64,000 nt of DNA from Guillardia theta CCMP2712 (GCF_000315625.1 NW_005434663.1:1-64000), one strand, 5' to 3'; shown: positions 33,007-47,300, numbered from the stretch's first letter. Made by a program: numbers and translations. The notes: generated by a model not told the origin, from the letters alone.

Positions 33007-36000
33007 CTACAAATCTCTGGGCTGGTATCCCTTCCGCTCGTCTCCTACCAGCATCTCTTCCATGCTTCCAATGCCGAGCACGGAGCAGATGTCCAGCGGC
33101 TCCTCCTTGTCCTCGAGCCGCATCCCCTTCCCTTCCTTGCTCCGCCACGGGCTGAAGAACTTGACGGCCGTCAACTTGGGGCCCTCCCCGCTCTTGAGGA
33201 CATGCCCGTCAGTCACCAGCACGTACCACTTCTCCTCTCTCTTCAAGCTCTTCTCGTCCGGCTGGACTTCTGCCACGGCCCCGTTGATCGCCCCATAGCG
33301 CATGAGACTCTTGCGAAGCTTCTGCAGCTCCTCGTCGTACCTCAGCTTGGTATTCTTGCCTTTCTCTTTCCCGTCACCTTTTCCTTTCGTTCCCTTCACG
33401 CTTTTCTTCTTCGCCCGGCTCTTGGCTTCCTTGGCTCGCTCTCGCTCGCAGTCGAAGCAGTAGAAGTCGCCCTTGGGGATCTTGCTGAGCCCCAGGCATG
33501 CCGCATGGACAGTCCTAGGGCAAGAGTCGCAGCAGATGAGGTTGCCGCCCTCGAAGCAGATAAGGCAGTAGTCGTCCCACTCCTCCTGCTGGTGGCGCGT
33601 CGCCTTGCACAGATCTTCCACCAGTGCCAGCGCTCGATCGCCGAACATGTACATGGCCAACGCGATGGCGCCGACCGTTTGGCTTCCTTCAAGCAGCTTC
33701 ATCCACCTCGTTCGGTCCAGCTGAGAGGCCCACATGCCACCCCTGCTCCCCTCCTCCATCTCCATGTCTGCCAGCAGCGCGAAGCCTTCCTCCACCTGCT
33801 TATCGTCACAACAAGTGCAACCGACAACAGCTGCCTACCTCGTACGCCTCAAGGTCCTCCTCGGTCCCATCCTCCCACACAATGTGCCATAGCGCCGACG
33901 GCTCCTTCTCCGAGTTGAAATACTCTGACTCTTCCGCAGGAAGCCAGCCGACCACTTGCGCCTTGACGTACTTGGAGACGCCGAGGGCACCCTCGGCGGT
34001 CCTGTAGAGAAATCGATCGATCCAGTCGTGCCCTTCGGTCTTCCACTCGTCCAGGTCTAACGTGAGCTCGTTGAATGCGTTGCCGCCCTTGGAGTTGGCG
34101 AGCTCGCTCAGGAAGCGTTCGAGGTCCAGCAGGCAGCTAACGAGCTGAGACATGAGGGTCAGGGAGCTGCTGGGGACAGGGAGGGGTCTTACATCCTGAG
34201 CCGAGGTAAACTCCTTGACACGAGAGGAGACGGAGCTGAACTTTCTCTTAATGTTGTCGTCGCTTCCTCCTGTGAGGAGGATCTTCTGGATGAGTGCCAG
34301 GAGCTGCGAGCTCAGCTCCTGCATCTCACAGACGAGCGGAAGGAACTGCAAGGAAGAGATTTCAGCGAAGGAGACAGCGCCACAGGTTCCTACATCCCGA
34401 TTGTCTTGAATAACATTGAGGATGCGCGGATACTTGGTGCAATGCTTGCAGGAAGCCTTGAGCTGGTCCGTCATGACCTGCTCAGATTTGCTTCTCCAGC
34501 CCAGCTCCACCATCACGTCCCGGAGATCTTCATCTTTGACCATGTCCGAGACGTTTTCTTCTATCCAATCATTGCAAGCCTCAACCTGTGGAGCTGTCAC
34601 ACAGGGGGAAGCAGGGGGACGGGCCAACCTCCTTCATGATCTTGCTGCCTGCCTTCTTGATCTCCTGTATCTTCTGCTCCTTGAACTGTTGGAAGGGCAG
34701 GACATCGGCTAGAGGAAAGAACTTCACCTGTTAAAGTTTAAGTTATAAGCACACAGGCAGAGGATACAGTCTCACAGTTTTCGCATCATCGAACAATCGC
34801 CCATAAACCCACACAATCTTCTGACCGAACATGCTGCTCGACGAGAGACACTCGACACGCTTTGGCTTCTTGCACGTCTCCATGTCGTATCGCCTGATGC
34901 TTGCTTCGACTTCCCGCTGCTCAAAGTCTTGGAATCCAAGTTTCTGATCGTCAAACTTCACGCGCCAAAGAGCGACTTTCCTAGTCTTCTTCGATGCGCC
35001 ATCAGTGCTAGCCGGCAGCCAACCAATCACACGCCCGATCAACTTGCTCCTTCGACGAGTATAGCTGTTCTCAGGATCGACGTCAACCAGCACTCTTCGG
35101 TTGATGTGCTCGCTCCCTGTCCTCTGCCAGCCGCCCTCGTTCAGCTCGCGCACAACATCAGCATCCTCCTCGCTCATCTCATCCTCCGATTCCGTGTCCG
35201 GTTCTTCATCCACTGGCTCCACCACCTGGATAGGATGGGACAGTCTAGAGTTCGCGTCAGACTTGGCCCACAGCAGGTCACCGATCGCCGGCAACTCGCT
35301 CCAAGCATACGATTCTATCTCCCTCTGCATGTAATCGTCCTCGATGCTGGGCACAGGACATTGAGCCTCCAAGTTCTTCCAGTCAACTTGGGCCTCGTCT
35401 TCGATCGCCTTCTCGTAGTAGCTCACGACCCAGTCGAAGCCATTCTTGCGAAGGTTTTCAATCAGATGCGATTCTCTTGTGCCCTGCGGACCCAGCACGA
35501 GGACCCGGAAAAGAGCCTGGAGGGACCCGTCGGACGTGCGGTACAAAGACCACACAGGCCTACACCCAACCCCTTCGAACCTGATGTCATCAGATGGAGT
35601 CAACCACCTTTGACATGTTCACATCTCTACACTCACCTTCCCCTCTGCTGCCCAACAACTGACGCCGTGCTGACTGACTCGCTACTCTGTTCTCTCACCC
35701 ACAACGAGTGCTTGTTGCTGTCAAACACCCAGTAGCTTCGCCACCAGCGATCGTATCCCACAGGTTTGCTCCGGAGAATCCGCTCTGCCTTCCCGAGGGC
35801 CGCACGGAATTCTCGTTTCCTTCTGTTAGCATCGATGTCAAGCTTGTCGCTCCCGCCAACCTGGGCATCGTCGCCTCGTTAGAGATGTGGGGCTTACGTT
35901 CAGAGTTTCACCTTTGCGTTGGGCGACTCAGATGCTGCAGGTTCAGGCAGATCGTTCTTGTCCTTCTTGTCAGCAGCCTCAGACTTGACACCAGAGAAGT

Positions 36001-39000
36001 CATCCTCATGCCACTTGAGGCTCTTGCCCGAGTACATGATGAACTTCTTCACTGAGGACCTCTGGAGTCCCGTAAACTCGCGGACCCACTCGAACGGACA
36101 AGAGAACTCCTGTCCCTCGCTGACAAGCTTGATGTCGCCTTCGCTCTTCTTCAAAGTGGCCTTGATGTAGTTTTGTTTGCAACTGTCAAATAACAGTGAG
36201 CAACAACATTCCACGTTTTTCGACAAACCGAATCTCAAAAGGATGACCGTCCTTGGCGCTGACTTGGCACATCAGGTCAAGAATCTGCTGACTGGTTTCT
36301 GTCGCATCCCCTTCCTCCTTTTTGTCTGAATCTGAGAAGAATTCAGCACAAGAAGAACCAGCAGCCTACAACCTTTACGATCAGCCTTCTTCTGCTTTAG
36401 AGCCGCATCTTCAGCTCTCTTCTTCTCTACTATCTTTTCAATCTGATTTCTCGTTAATTTCCCCCTCATCCAAACAAAAACCTTCACCTGTCGCAGCTGT
36501 TGGTTCATGATTTGGCGAACTTTATCGCTCGAACAAGCCTCGTCGGTGAGAAACTGAATCATTTGAATCTTCAGCTCAACCGAAAGATCCTTTGGCTCTG
36601 TTGTTCCCAACGCTTTGTACAGTTTCTCGTACATGTCGAAGAAACTGTGGCGCTTGATCAATAGGCGGACCATTTCGGGCCAACATGCTTCGTTCAAGAG
36701 TTGCCAGACGTTGTACTTGACCTCACATTCAGCCAGTTCGGAGCTTAACAGGGGACCATGGGCCAACTGGATGTCAACAACATCAGACTCCACCGCATCC
36801 TCAAGCACTTCGTCGTCGTCACGAATCCATTGACACCTTGCCGCAAGACCTGACAACCATCTTGCAAGTTCGTAGAACCTCTCGACGTTGTCTCGAGCTC
36901 TCCTGTCTTCAGCTCCTCCAGACTCCACAATGCAGGACAGAAGGTCATCGTACGACATCTTTGAAGCTCCGAGAGGAGCAGCGAGGTCGTGAATGAATTG
37001 GTAGATGCAAAAGAAGTCTTCCTCCCATCCCGCGATCGGTAAAATATCAGCAGAACCTGCTGGCTTCTTCACTGAGCTCGCAACCTGGCCCTTATCTGGC
37101 CCGATGCTGATGAGATGTAGCGATTCATCTAGCTTCTTTGATTCATCATGTTTCATGGAAAGAATTTCTTTCTTTTGCTTCTGTTCATCCTTGACCTTCT
37201 GGCGAAGAGATTTCATTTTCTCCTTCTCGAGTTTGAATGCCATCTTCCCCTGAAGCTGTATCTTACGCTTCTCTTTCTTCTCTTTCTTCATCTCCACCTT
37301 CTGCTTTCGTTTATCGTATTTCTCGCGAACTGTTTCTGGCACTTCCTCGTCATACAGCTTGATGGCTTCGATCACGTCAGGCTCTTCCAGATCTTCACTT
37401 CCCATAGCATCGTCATCATACCTCAATCGCCAGATCGAAGAAGGTTCCCCGGTAACTTCAGAGGTGTAATCTGATTCTTCCGCAGGCAGCCATCCTATCA
37501 CTACTCCATCTGCTGCATCAACGATCCGACTCTTTCTGTCATAAATGAATCTTCGGAAGGGTTTTCCAACGTGCTGGTTGTCAGTACGCCATTCGCTCAG
37601 ATCATTTTCATTCGCTTGCTCTTTATCGTTGGCAGCACTTTGAGCTTTCTGTGCCTCCTCAACCTTCTTCATCACAGCCTTGGAACCAAGCTTCTTCTTG
37701 TTGATCCTAAATGCTTGTTTCTCGTATTTCTGTCGTTCAGATTGAGGCAATTCTGCATATTTCTGCTTCAGAATTTTGCGTAGAAGTGTCGGTTTCTCTG
37801 CTGAATCTGGATGCTCGGACTTGACGGCTGCTCGGCGTTTTTTTGCAAAGAGGCTGTATCCCGAAGTCATCAGCTTCTTCAAAGCTGGGTCAGTTGTAGG
37901 AAGCTCAAATTTCTCCTGCTTCTTTCCTTTCGATTTCTTGGCCGAGTTCGTTGCCTTCGCTGGAGACTCAGTGGAAGAAGGCTTCTTCTTCGGCGGTTCT
38001 TCTCCTGTAAATTTGTATTTGGAGCATTCAAGAACATCCGGGAGGCCCTCCAATATCCTTCTCACTTCCTTTAAAGCCAAACCAAATCGAAGTCCCAAAC
38101 TCTTCGTGTCCCACTTATTGACATGCAGCTTCTCTTCCTGGGTTCCGTTTTCAACTAAATGATTCTTGACTTGCTTCCAGGCATCTTGCGGTGATTTCCC
38201 TTTGAATGAGAGGTTTCTTTTGGGTACCTGTACCTGTTTTGAAGGGTAACGGTCAAAATTACCGAGGAATGACGAAATAAAATCACCTCAAACAAAGGAA
38301 TAAGGATACCATCTGAATTTTTTTCAGCACTAACACAATTTTGGAAGTGCAAATCAAGCTCCTCATCCAAATATTCCGATTGGAATCCCGTGGGATACAA
38401 GATATTGCTGTCATGAAATAATGGGGAAATTTTGTCGTCAATAATGGTTCCCAATGCCTGCACTGTCAAATTTCCAGACTTGGTAATGAATGGCACCTGT
38501 GGCATATCAGCAAACCATCTCAGTCACGTTGGTACATTACTGGGATCTTGCTTTGGAACAGCTCCGCCTCTCGGAAGAGCTCAATTCTTGACTTTTTGCT
38601 CTCGTTACCTTCCGAAACCGACTCAATGGCGTCCCTTCTCTTCGTGAATTCCTGCTGAGTCGGAGATATGTACGAGAATGTCTCGGTGATTGACCCGTCC
38701 TCCGCGGTAACCTCCTGCGACCGCACTGTCCATCCGTCTTCTATCACGTCCGGTCCCCCGCGTTTCTTGACTTCCCTTTGGAACTCCCTTAGCACACTTT
38801 GAGAGGTCCTCTTCCTCGGAGCTGATTTCGGGCCCGATTGACTCGTGTCCAGCGCCTCAGGAGCTGGTGGGGGATCGTTCACAGGCGCCGTATCGTTGGC
38901 TTGTTTAGGCTTCAACGGTGGAAGCTCCAGGTACTTCATTACTTCCTTTTTCGTGGGAAATTCCTGCTGAGTCGGAGATATGTACGAGAATGTCTCGGTG

Positions 39001-39572
39001 ATTGACCCGTCCTCCGCGGTAACCTCCTGCGACCGCACTGTCCATCCGTCTTCTATCACGTCCGGTCCCCCGCGTTTCTTGACTTCCCTTTGGAACTCCC
39101 TTAGCACACTTTGAGAGGTCCTCTTCCTCGGAGCTGATTTCGGGCCCGATTGACTCGTGTCCAGCGCCTCAGGAGCTGGTGGGGGATCGTTCACAGGCGC
39201 CGTATCGTTGGCTTGTTTAGGCTTCAACGGTGGAAGCTCCAGGTACTTCATTACTTCCTTTTTCGTGGGAAATTCCTGCTGAGTCGGAGATATGTACGAG
39301 AATGTCTCGGTGATTGACCCGTCCTCCGCGGTAACCTCCTGCGACCGCACTGTCCATCCGTCTTCTATCACGTCCGGTCCCCCGCGTTTCTTAACTTCTC
39401 TTTGGAACTCTTTCAAGACACTTTGAGAGGTTTTCTTTCTGGGTGCTGGTTTAGATTTCAAGTCATCTTGCATTACGTCACTTTGGGATTTTGCTTTTAC
39501 AGGCTTCTGCATTGATGGCGGAACATTTTCAGCTGAGACAAAGTCCTTGATGGAGTTTATCCTCCCTTTCAC
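33007..39572 (-). CDS. Large BAZ/MBD9-like chromatin regulator: MBD-like x3, FYRN/FYRC, HMG box, Tudor-like repeats, DDT, WHIM1, PHD (multi-exon; 5' end may extend to ~40130)
   Basis: GW...YISP...F.TKKEV.KYL; LTVQALGTI...LYPTGF; FGL...RRILEGLP...CSKYKF; SGYSLFAKKRR...ERQKYE; IYQFIHDLA; LSVELKIQMIQFL; CLICFEGGNLICCDSCPRTVHAACLGL..PKGDFYCFDC. Confidence 0.8.
38647..39430. repeat. 312-bp coding tandem repeat x~2.5 (104 aa, MBD-like unit)
   Basis: Identical ttcctgctgagtcggagatatg at 38649, 38961 and 39273. Confidence 0.95.
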
Positions 39573-41166
39573 ACCACTGCCGGGATTTTTCCCCTTACTT
39601 GATATCTCTTGTTTTATCCTAATAATCGAGTGTTAATCTTTCGTCCGTAGAGGGGGAAATACATACTTTTTTGTCGGCGATTGTGTCTCTGCTGATGAAA
39701 TTTCAAAAAGTTCGTATGTGTCTTCAACAGCACGTTTCTGTGGGGACAAAGCCATTTCGATTGGGAGTTGCTGGAACCGAGCAAACAATTATTTTGGACG
39801 GAAATCTAAGGATTATCCAGCATTTCGACTTGGATATTCGGCTGTTAAACAAGAAGAGTGTTAAAAATCCCCTTCATCTGATTCCTTTCATCTATATCAA
39901 GTTCATAGAAACGAAAAATTGCACAACTCCAGTCTGCTTGATTTGCACCCTGCCGACGTTCCTCTTTCCCAGGCCCTCCAAGAACACCAAGCCTGCTACC
40001 CACCGTGGACAAATTTAAACCATAATAGCGTGCATCAAAATTACTGGCCTCTGCCTATTGCGGCTCTCTCGGAAATCCACAGTCTATCTCATCAGATTCC
40101 TGTCTATGGATGTTTCTTCCTCCATTTCGCTGACCATCCTTTCTTCCTTCCTCTTTATCTTCTCTTCGTTTAACATTGCTTCATTCGAACTTCAACTCGT
40201 CTCCGAATCATCTCACCTCCTTATTTCCGCGTCTCTTCTTCTCTTTTCACTCTCTCCTCCACTTGCTGTTTCTTGCTTAGCTCTCCACTGCAAAATTAGT
40301 CCTGTCCTCGTATTGAATCCTGTAAATTCTCGTTCACTGACTTATCTCAATCTTGTTTGTCCCTTCTTAATCACTCTTCTGCCCTATCACAACCTCCCTT
40401 CGCCTCCCTTCTCCCTCACTTCCTCCCATTCCCGCCATCTTTCCGCAGTTCCATGCGCGCTTATCACCTTTCCACTACCCTTCAGCCTCCTGCCACCCCT
40501 AATATTGTATTCACTACCACAGACAGAAAAACACTACCCCCTCTTGATACCATCTGTACCCACCTTTTTCACTTCCAACAAAGACATTGCCATATCTATA
40601 CCCCTCCATTTCATCGAGTTACCCCCTTTACCTACCCCTCACCTCTCCCGCCAATTCTAAACGAAGGGCGGTCAATCCCTCACCCCTACCTACACTGAAG
40701 AAATAAGCACCCGTGCTTGTCGAATCGTACCCCTAGTAATTGATGTAGTACCCCTATTGTTCACATCCTTGACCCCACTGATATGCCTAGGCAAAATATG
40801 AAGATTGGCCTCTACCCATTATGGAATCTTATACCCCACAGTTGACCCACCTGATACTACCCCCTACCCACCTAAAACGTTAGCACACCCACCTGGGCTG
40901 CACCATCTCCGTCGGGTAACACCCCACCCAATAGGAAAGCCCATTTTCTACTTTAAAGACCACCACCGGTGCCATAGACCACTGAGAACCTACCTCAGAT
41001 ACGATTAATACCCTACCCCTCTCAATACCGCGTTTGACCACGTATTTGACCGTACCATTGGTCTGCCGGAAACCGTGGTTACGTTATTTCACAAGGTGAC
41101 GACGGTTACATGTACGGTTTCATGGCTGACTTTGGTCTACCAGCTGTGTGGTTCACTTCATCAGAG

Positions 41167-42056
41167 ATGAAAAGCATGGAGCGAGTGAACAGGATGAGCA
41201 GAAAGGAGGCGGAAGAGGCGTTCAAAGGATGCTGTGGGAGCTCCAGATATGCACGAGTGAGAAAATTCTCTTGTTTCATCATCTTCCTTCTCGTCTCTCT
41301 CGCTAGTCTGTTGTTTCTCAATAACACTTCCTGTCACTGTCTGCTATGTCAAGGCTCTACTTCACGTCTTCCCTGCCATCAACATGGAGAATATCTTCTT
41401 ACGCAAGTGTGGCAGTTGATGACCGAGAGCCGACCCTTTTCATCCCCTGATGACATGAAGTTAACATCCGATCGGATTTGGTCGGGGAGCTCGAGAGAAG
41501 ATATCCTCGAGGCGTTCGAAGCGCATCCGAGAATCGGGGACAAGAAGGGAGCAGAGCAGCATGGAGGGGTGAGGAGAGGCTGTAGGCATGTCAATAGAGT
41601 GATTGATCATGCTCTGGCAGAAATGGGCATCGAATGAGCAGAAAGGGATGGATTCTGCCTCAAATGACATCGCGCGTGCGATGATGAAGGGGAACGCGGA
41701 GTATGAGGCTAGGATGGGATTCCGGTGCGGCCTGCGTCGAGATGGTGAGGAAGAACTGATGCATTGTAGGTACATTGTCTGTGCGACGGGAAAGTCTGCG
41801 GAGGAAATGCTGCAGATCTTGAAGATGCGGGTCAACAACGCCCCAGATGAAGAGGTCGTATTTTGTTGCCACCTTCAGTACATATTGTTCACATGTTGGA
41901 TGTACCTCAGCTGAAAACTGGAGCTGCAGAACAGAACAAGATCACTCACCTGGTAAGAAAGCCGTGCTTGCTTGCATTACTGGTGTACTCTTCCTTCTAA
42001 TACTCTCACAGAGGCTGAACAAGTTGTTGTCTGAGCTATCAACAAGCAACCTATAA
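41167..42056 (+). CDS. uraD: OHCU decarboxylase (ureide pathway; multi-exon)
   Basis: Motifs CCGSSR, RPF, EAFEAHPRIG, EQ.G, N.EYE.RMGF.YIVCATGKS, AAEQNKIT..RL.KL. Confidence 0.92.
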
Positions 42057-42239
42057 GGCAAGAGGAGTTCGGCTTGAGCAATGGCAGTGATTTGCAGTAG
42101 CAACGATGTAGGGGCTCAAGGAGAGACATTTATGGTAGCATGAAAGATTGATGACATACAAGACATAGAGGGAGACATGGCAAGAATCAGGATGGGGTAA
42201 GGGTGGGCCAGCGGCAGGGGGGGGGTGGAGAAAGAGGCT

Positions 42240-43430
42240 CGAATTCTTTAAAGAATAGTTTGCACATCGACTTCTTCTGTGCAAGTTCAAAACCTGCTTG
42301 CCGCTCGCAAGATGGCTTCTCTTCTGAGAGAAACTGGGGGTTCCCCCCTTTTGGTCACTGTCTTGTCCCTGAAGGCTGCAAGTTTACATCAGACGAGTTC
42401 GCATTCATAAGATAGGTGAATCACCGATGTATTTGAGAGCCTGCGCAACAAGGAAAATCAAAAGGCATTCCACGCTCGGATTTGTTTCAGCTTACCCTTT
42501 TAACCTGATTTACGACGATGCCCCTTTGAAACATGCTGTAGTGTTCAGAGCCAGCGTAGAACGGTACCTTCTTTTGCTGATGGTAACACTGAAAGCAAAA
42601 AGATTAGACTCTGCAAGGTGACTTGATATGGGATTTCACTCCGGCAACTCACTTGCACATGGGGAACCTTCAACTTCTTCAGTTGGCCCACACTCTCAGC
42701 CCATTCTCTCTGCAGAATTGTTCCAGGTTGATATCTATTCACGTTGTAGGAAAAGATCTCACAGTAATGTGCGACTTGACTGGCACGATTGCAAACACAA
42801 CTTGTTCATGCATGTCGCCATCGATGTCAAGAGCCAGTCTCGAGAAGTCCCGCAGCAACACTTGATCGAAGGATTCCTCTCCATGGAACAGGACACAAAC
42901 CTGTGGAAAGTCTTAGCATAGATTGGAAACATGGCAAGTTATAATCACAAGTTTGTCCACAGCATTATGCAAGAGTGAGACGAAGTGGAATGCATCTTTG
43001 ACAGAGAATTGTCGAAGCTGGAGTATGTCATTCGACCTCTTCAGTTGCTTAATGATCTGTGAGTGCAGAGCAAATCTATCGCATGTCTCATGGTCACTGC
43101 CAAATGATCTCCTGAGAAAAGTAATCGCATTTGAATTACTTGGTTGTTGTTTGTGACTCAGGGACCTCAAACTTTTCTGTATGAATTGATCAAGTTGTTT
43201 CTCTTGTAATGATTGTTTTTCATACAATCCACCCTCGTCGAGGAGCTCGTTTTCCCAATCAGTCAGTTGTTCGCGAAGCTTGTATAAACATCTTTGGTCT
43301 TCTTCGAGGTTGAGGGTTGTTAGATGTTGGAAAGTGGGTTGGAGTTTGGCATCACTCTCGAAGAGAGATTCAAGCTTGAATGTTGACAAGATTGATGAGA
43401 TTCCTGTTGCCATGCAAGCTCATGGCATCA
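42240..43430 (-). CDS. Hypothetical helical protein (multi-exon, approximate)
   Basis: 166-aa ORF plus downstream open segments with splice-like boundaries; no family recognised. Confidence 0.4.
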
Positions 43431-44410
43431 TGAGAGGCATGTTGCTGGTTGTCGATTAAAAAATGAAGTAAGCATCTTGCTTCTGTACGACATGAACTCG
43501 ATACGAAGAAGGCCTTCGTGAGCTCAGCGGCTAGTGATCATTTGTACCCTATGTGACAGCGACGCTGTCAAATCTTGTACCCCCGGATGTGATGCATATC
43601 CTCTATTCCAGTACCCCTACCCCTCTTCTCCATTACTTGCTCTATTCTTGTGAGGGATAATTTGCTATACCCTCGTACTTGAGCCTCTCACGTTAAAAAC
43701 CTTTGGTACCTCGGACATCATCACCCATGGCTTATAACCCCTACCCCCTTTCCAGGCCTCTCCAAGGACATTTTCTGGCCCAGCCACCACCCTAGCCCCT
43801 GTTGCCTATTCCGATGAACCCGTCAGGAGGGGCTCGAGAGGGTTACCGTACCGTACCGTGACCTGTGACCGTCGGAACCTGGCACGGCGGCCGGCTCGAT
43901 GCCCATAACCGACGGAGCACAAGTCCCTCTCAAAGTGAAGTTTTAAAAATCAGCCGTGAACTTCAAAGTCACGCAGATATCACATCGACCTTCCGATAGT
44001 TGTAACAAGATGGGCCAACGCTATGCCCGGGCCCCGGGTCACCACTGAAGCCCAAATACGAGGGCTACAACCGTCACGGTTGAATTAAAACTATCATATG
44101 CTTCGGACGAGGACAACCGTACGGTCACGCCGGTGACCGGCGGTTGAATTAAAGCCTACAACGTGAATGACTCATGATACGTGACGCTCAGGCTCGCGAT
44201 GTTTCAGTTGATGAACAGGCTTTGTTTCCCACCCTCAGAGTCTCACTCACTGAGTCACACACGCGGACAACCGTTGCCGAAGTTGAAAACGACCACTGTC
44301 CGAGCCGCTGAGCCTCGCCGGACAATCATCCGATCAGGGCCCGGGCCCGGCCCGAGCGGCGGCCCGCCCGGGGCCTGCCATTATACTATACCGGTCTTGA
44401 GGTGCAGTCC

Positions 44411-46674
44411 ATGCTCTCAGGTCCGCTCACAATGCGCTCACCTGCTATGCTGCTGCTCCTCCTCCTCCTCCTCCTCGGATTCACCAGCGCTCAATGGAAG
44501 GCCAAGACAAGGGGACCCGGAAGCGCGAAGATCAAGGTGAACCTGCAAGACTCATACTCATCCGAAGAGGCCGAGCAAGAGCCAGAGAGAGAGGGGTGGA
44601 GGCAAACGGTGGTGAGAGACGATAGCGAGCGGGAGACGCGGGAGGCAACCGTGACATCAGATGACAAAAACGAAGTTAGCGGAGGTGGAACACACTTTGC
44701 GGTTCGAATTGTAGCTCCCAAGGAGGGGGAGCTGATCCGACACACTCCGTTTCAAGTGATCCTGGAAACGTCAGGAGGCTTCACAGTGCCAGAGGATGGA
44801 GAGATCATGCTGACTATGAGCTATCCCGGACGAGGAGATGACGTCCGAGTCCTCCAATCAACAGTTTTCAACTCATGGAATCTTCATCAAGGCGAGTTCA
44901 CCATCTCAGCGACTCTGGTGTCAACAAAGGACGAGCCCGTTTCTCCAACGGTATCCACTCGGGTCAGCCAGATCAGAGGTCCTCACTTCGTCCTTACGTC
45001 ACCTGAAGATGATCAGCTACATATCTCTCAGCAGACCCTCCCTGTCCTCTTTCATCTTGGAGGGGTTCTGCCGCAGGGAAGCGGAGGATGTGTAGAAATT
45101 TCTTGTACTCATCCTCGCGACGATCCCTTCCTATTCCGACAGTGCACCTTTGACGAAGGCAATCCGTTCTCGATACAGGATGGTCAACATCGTCTCGATG
45201 TCAAGATCTCTCCAGGAAATTGCACCATAACGGCAGGAGTTTCGGACGCAAACGGCAGCCCCCTAACCCCGGTCACCTCGCGAGTGTTCAGGGTAGTTGA
45301 CGAGCAATACGAGTGTCCTGGCGGTAGTGGCGTCACTTGTCACCATGGAGAATGCGTTGAGGATGGGGAGAGAGAAGCTCACTGCGAGTGCGACCCTGGT
45401 TATCATGGCAAGCGCTGTCTTCCTCGTTGGGCAGGGGAAGAGGTAGGAGGTGGACGAGGAGGCGTGGAGGAAGCGTACTTGCACATGATCAAGTCTGCCC
45501 TCCTCGATACGATCTATGCAAAAGACAGACCTGGCGAGACAAAGGTGTGCGTGCTGAACATGAAGACGTGATGAGTTCTTATAGGAATGCGTTAGGTTGT
45601 GGCAAGAAGCATGGTGGGAAGAAAAGGTCTTGATGACCTTGAAAACTTCGTGAAGGAGGAAAACTTATCATCGTGCGGTATGAAATCAGACTGAAATGTT
45701 GAGTTCAGGTGCTGGACAGAGATGTTCCGGGAGACTTGATGGAGACAGGTGTGTGGCAAGGGGGAAGGCAAGAGTTTGCTTGCGGACTGTTGGAGAGCTA
45801 ACTTGCAGCACAGCTGCATCCTTATGGCAGCGATTCTGAGAGCGAGAGGAGTACGGGACAGGAAGGTTCTGCTCTGTGCCTCAATTCTCATGCCTCTCTC
45901 AGACCTATCAGGTGTGGGTGGTCGATTCCTTCGAGGGCTGCCCAAAACCGGACCCAGAACTTTATCCGGCAGACAACAATGATCAGTAATGGGAAACTCT
46001 TCAGCATGGTGAAGGCCGGCCTAAACTTTCTTGCAGGCATCACACTTATGACAATCTCAGAGTTTCGCTTCACAAAGTAACAAGCAACCTCGCTGACTTC
46101 GGCCTAGCTAGCTCGCAGGTAAGAAAATTCCTGTTCAACCGAAGGCGTTGACATGCTCGGCAGGTCGAGTATGTGAAGGGGTGGTTTCATGACACCATGT
46201 ACACAGATCGGATTCAGGTCAGATGTCTCTTTTGCTTTTCTCTCTCATATGGTTCTCCTTTCCATAGAACATAGAGAACATCGCACTTTTGAGATTAGAC
46301 GGGGACCTGTACCAGTCCACGATTGAGGCATGCGACCAGAGCGCGCACCTTTCACTAAGCTTGCAGTAGGTGTTGAGAGCGGTCTATTTCAAAGTAGCAA
46401 TCGGGGGGGTGATCATCATCGATGATTGGAGATTAGACAAGATGCAGGTGTATCAACTCCTGACAAGGATGTTGAACACTTATGAAAAAACTTCGCAGGC
46501 TCGTTCTGCTGTCATCGACTTCCATCGGGAATGTATGATAGAGGATGTGAGGCCGTCTTTTGCACTCTTTGACCTCGTGTTCTCATCATCTTTCTTCTTA
46601 CCTCTCAGAGAATCCATGTCGGCGAAGATGGCCTTGCTTGGTGGCGGAAAGAAACCACAAGCAACTGTGGATAG
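44411..46674 (+). CDS. Secreted TylF/MycF/NovP-family O-methyltransferase with N-terminal Ig-like and EGF domains (multi-exon)
   Basis: Signal peptide; EGF C..HGEC..CECDPGYHGKRC; SMVG, VPGDLMETGVWQG, DSFEGLP, VKGWFHDT, IALLRLDGDLYQST, GGVIIIDD. Confidence 0.88.
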
Positions 46675-46685
46675 CATTCTGTATT

Positions 46686-47300
46686 CTACGATTCAGACCT
46701 CCTCTCATTTTCTTTTCGAAAATTCTCTTCCTGCTGTCTCCTCTCCTCCTGTGTCGTCGTTCCTGAAGCTTTTGAAGTGAAGTCTCTTTCCTCGATCCTC
46801 ACCCACCATGTTTGCTGGCTCTCTGCTTTTGTAGCTTTCTTGGGAAGAAGCTGCTGAAACATTCGGAGGTAGAAGCGGAAGAGCATGCGATGTTTCCTGC
46901 AGGTAAAACTCCATGCGAGATTGATACGGGAAGCCACTGCCCCTGCTGTCTGAAACGCAAGTGCTCTCCACAAGTTCGCCGATTTCCATGTTAGCCTGCA
47001 GATCCTGCAACTTGCGCTAATCCCTCGCCCTCCTCCTGTCTCGCTTCTTCTATCGTGAGTCTTTCGCGTCTCTTCCATGTGAGCAACGCCGCCATGTTGC
47101 ACTTCGCCTTTCTGGTCTTCTGCGGCACTCGAGACTGACACCAACAAGAGCAGCAAGAGCACAAGCGAGAGCAGCGACGAAGATGGGGAGGAAGAGGTAG
47201 TGGAATTGAAGAATGCAGAGGATGGAGGAGTTGAAGGAGGGGAGGGAGGGGAGGGAGGGGAGGTGGCGGTAGGAGAGGAGGAGGACAGGATTGAGCGCAT
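46686..47300 (-). CDS. Hypothetical membrane/secreted protein
   Basis: 204-aa ORF from ATG with a hydrophobic LLSLVLLLLLLVSVSSA segment. Confidence 0.35.
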   Translation of the reverse strand: MRSILSSSSPTATSPPSPPSPPSTPPSSAFFNSTTSSSPSSSLLSLVLLLLLLVSVSSAAEDQKGEVQHGGVAHMEETRKTHDRRSETGGGRGISASCRICRLTWKSANLWRALAFQTAGAVASRINLAWSFTCRKHRMLFRFYLRMFQQLLPKKATKAESQQTWWVRIEERDFTSKASGTTTQEERRQQEENFRKENERRSES

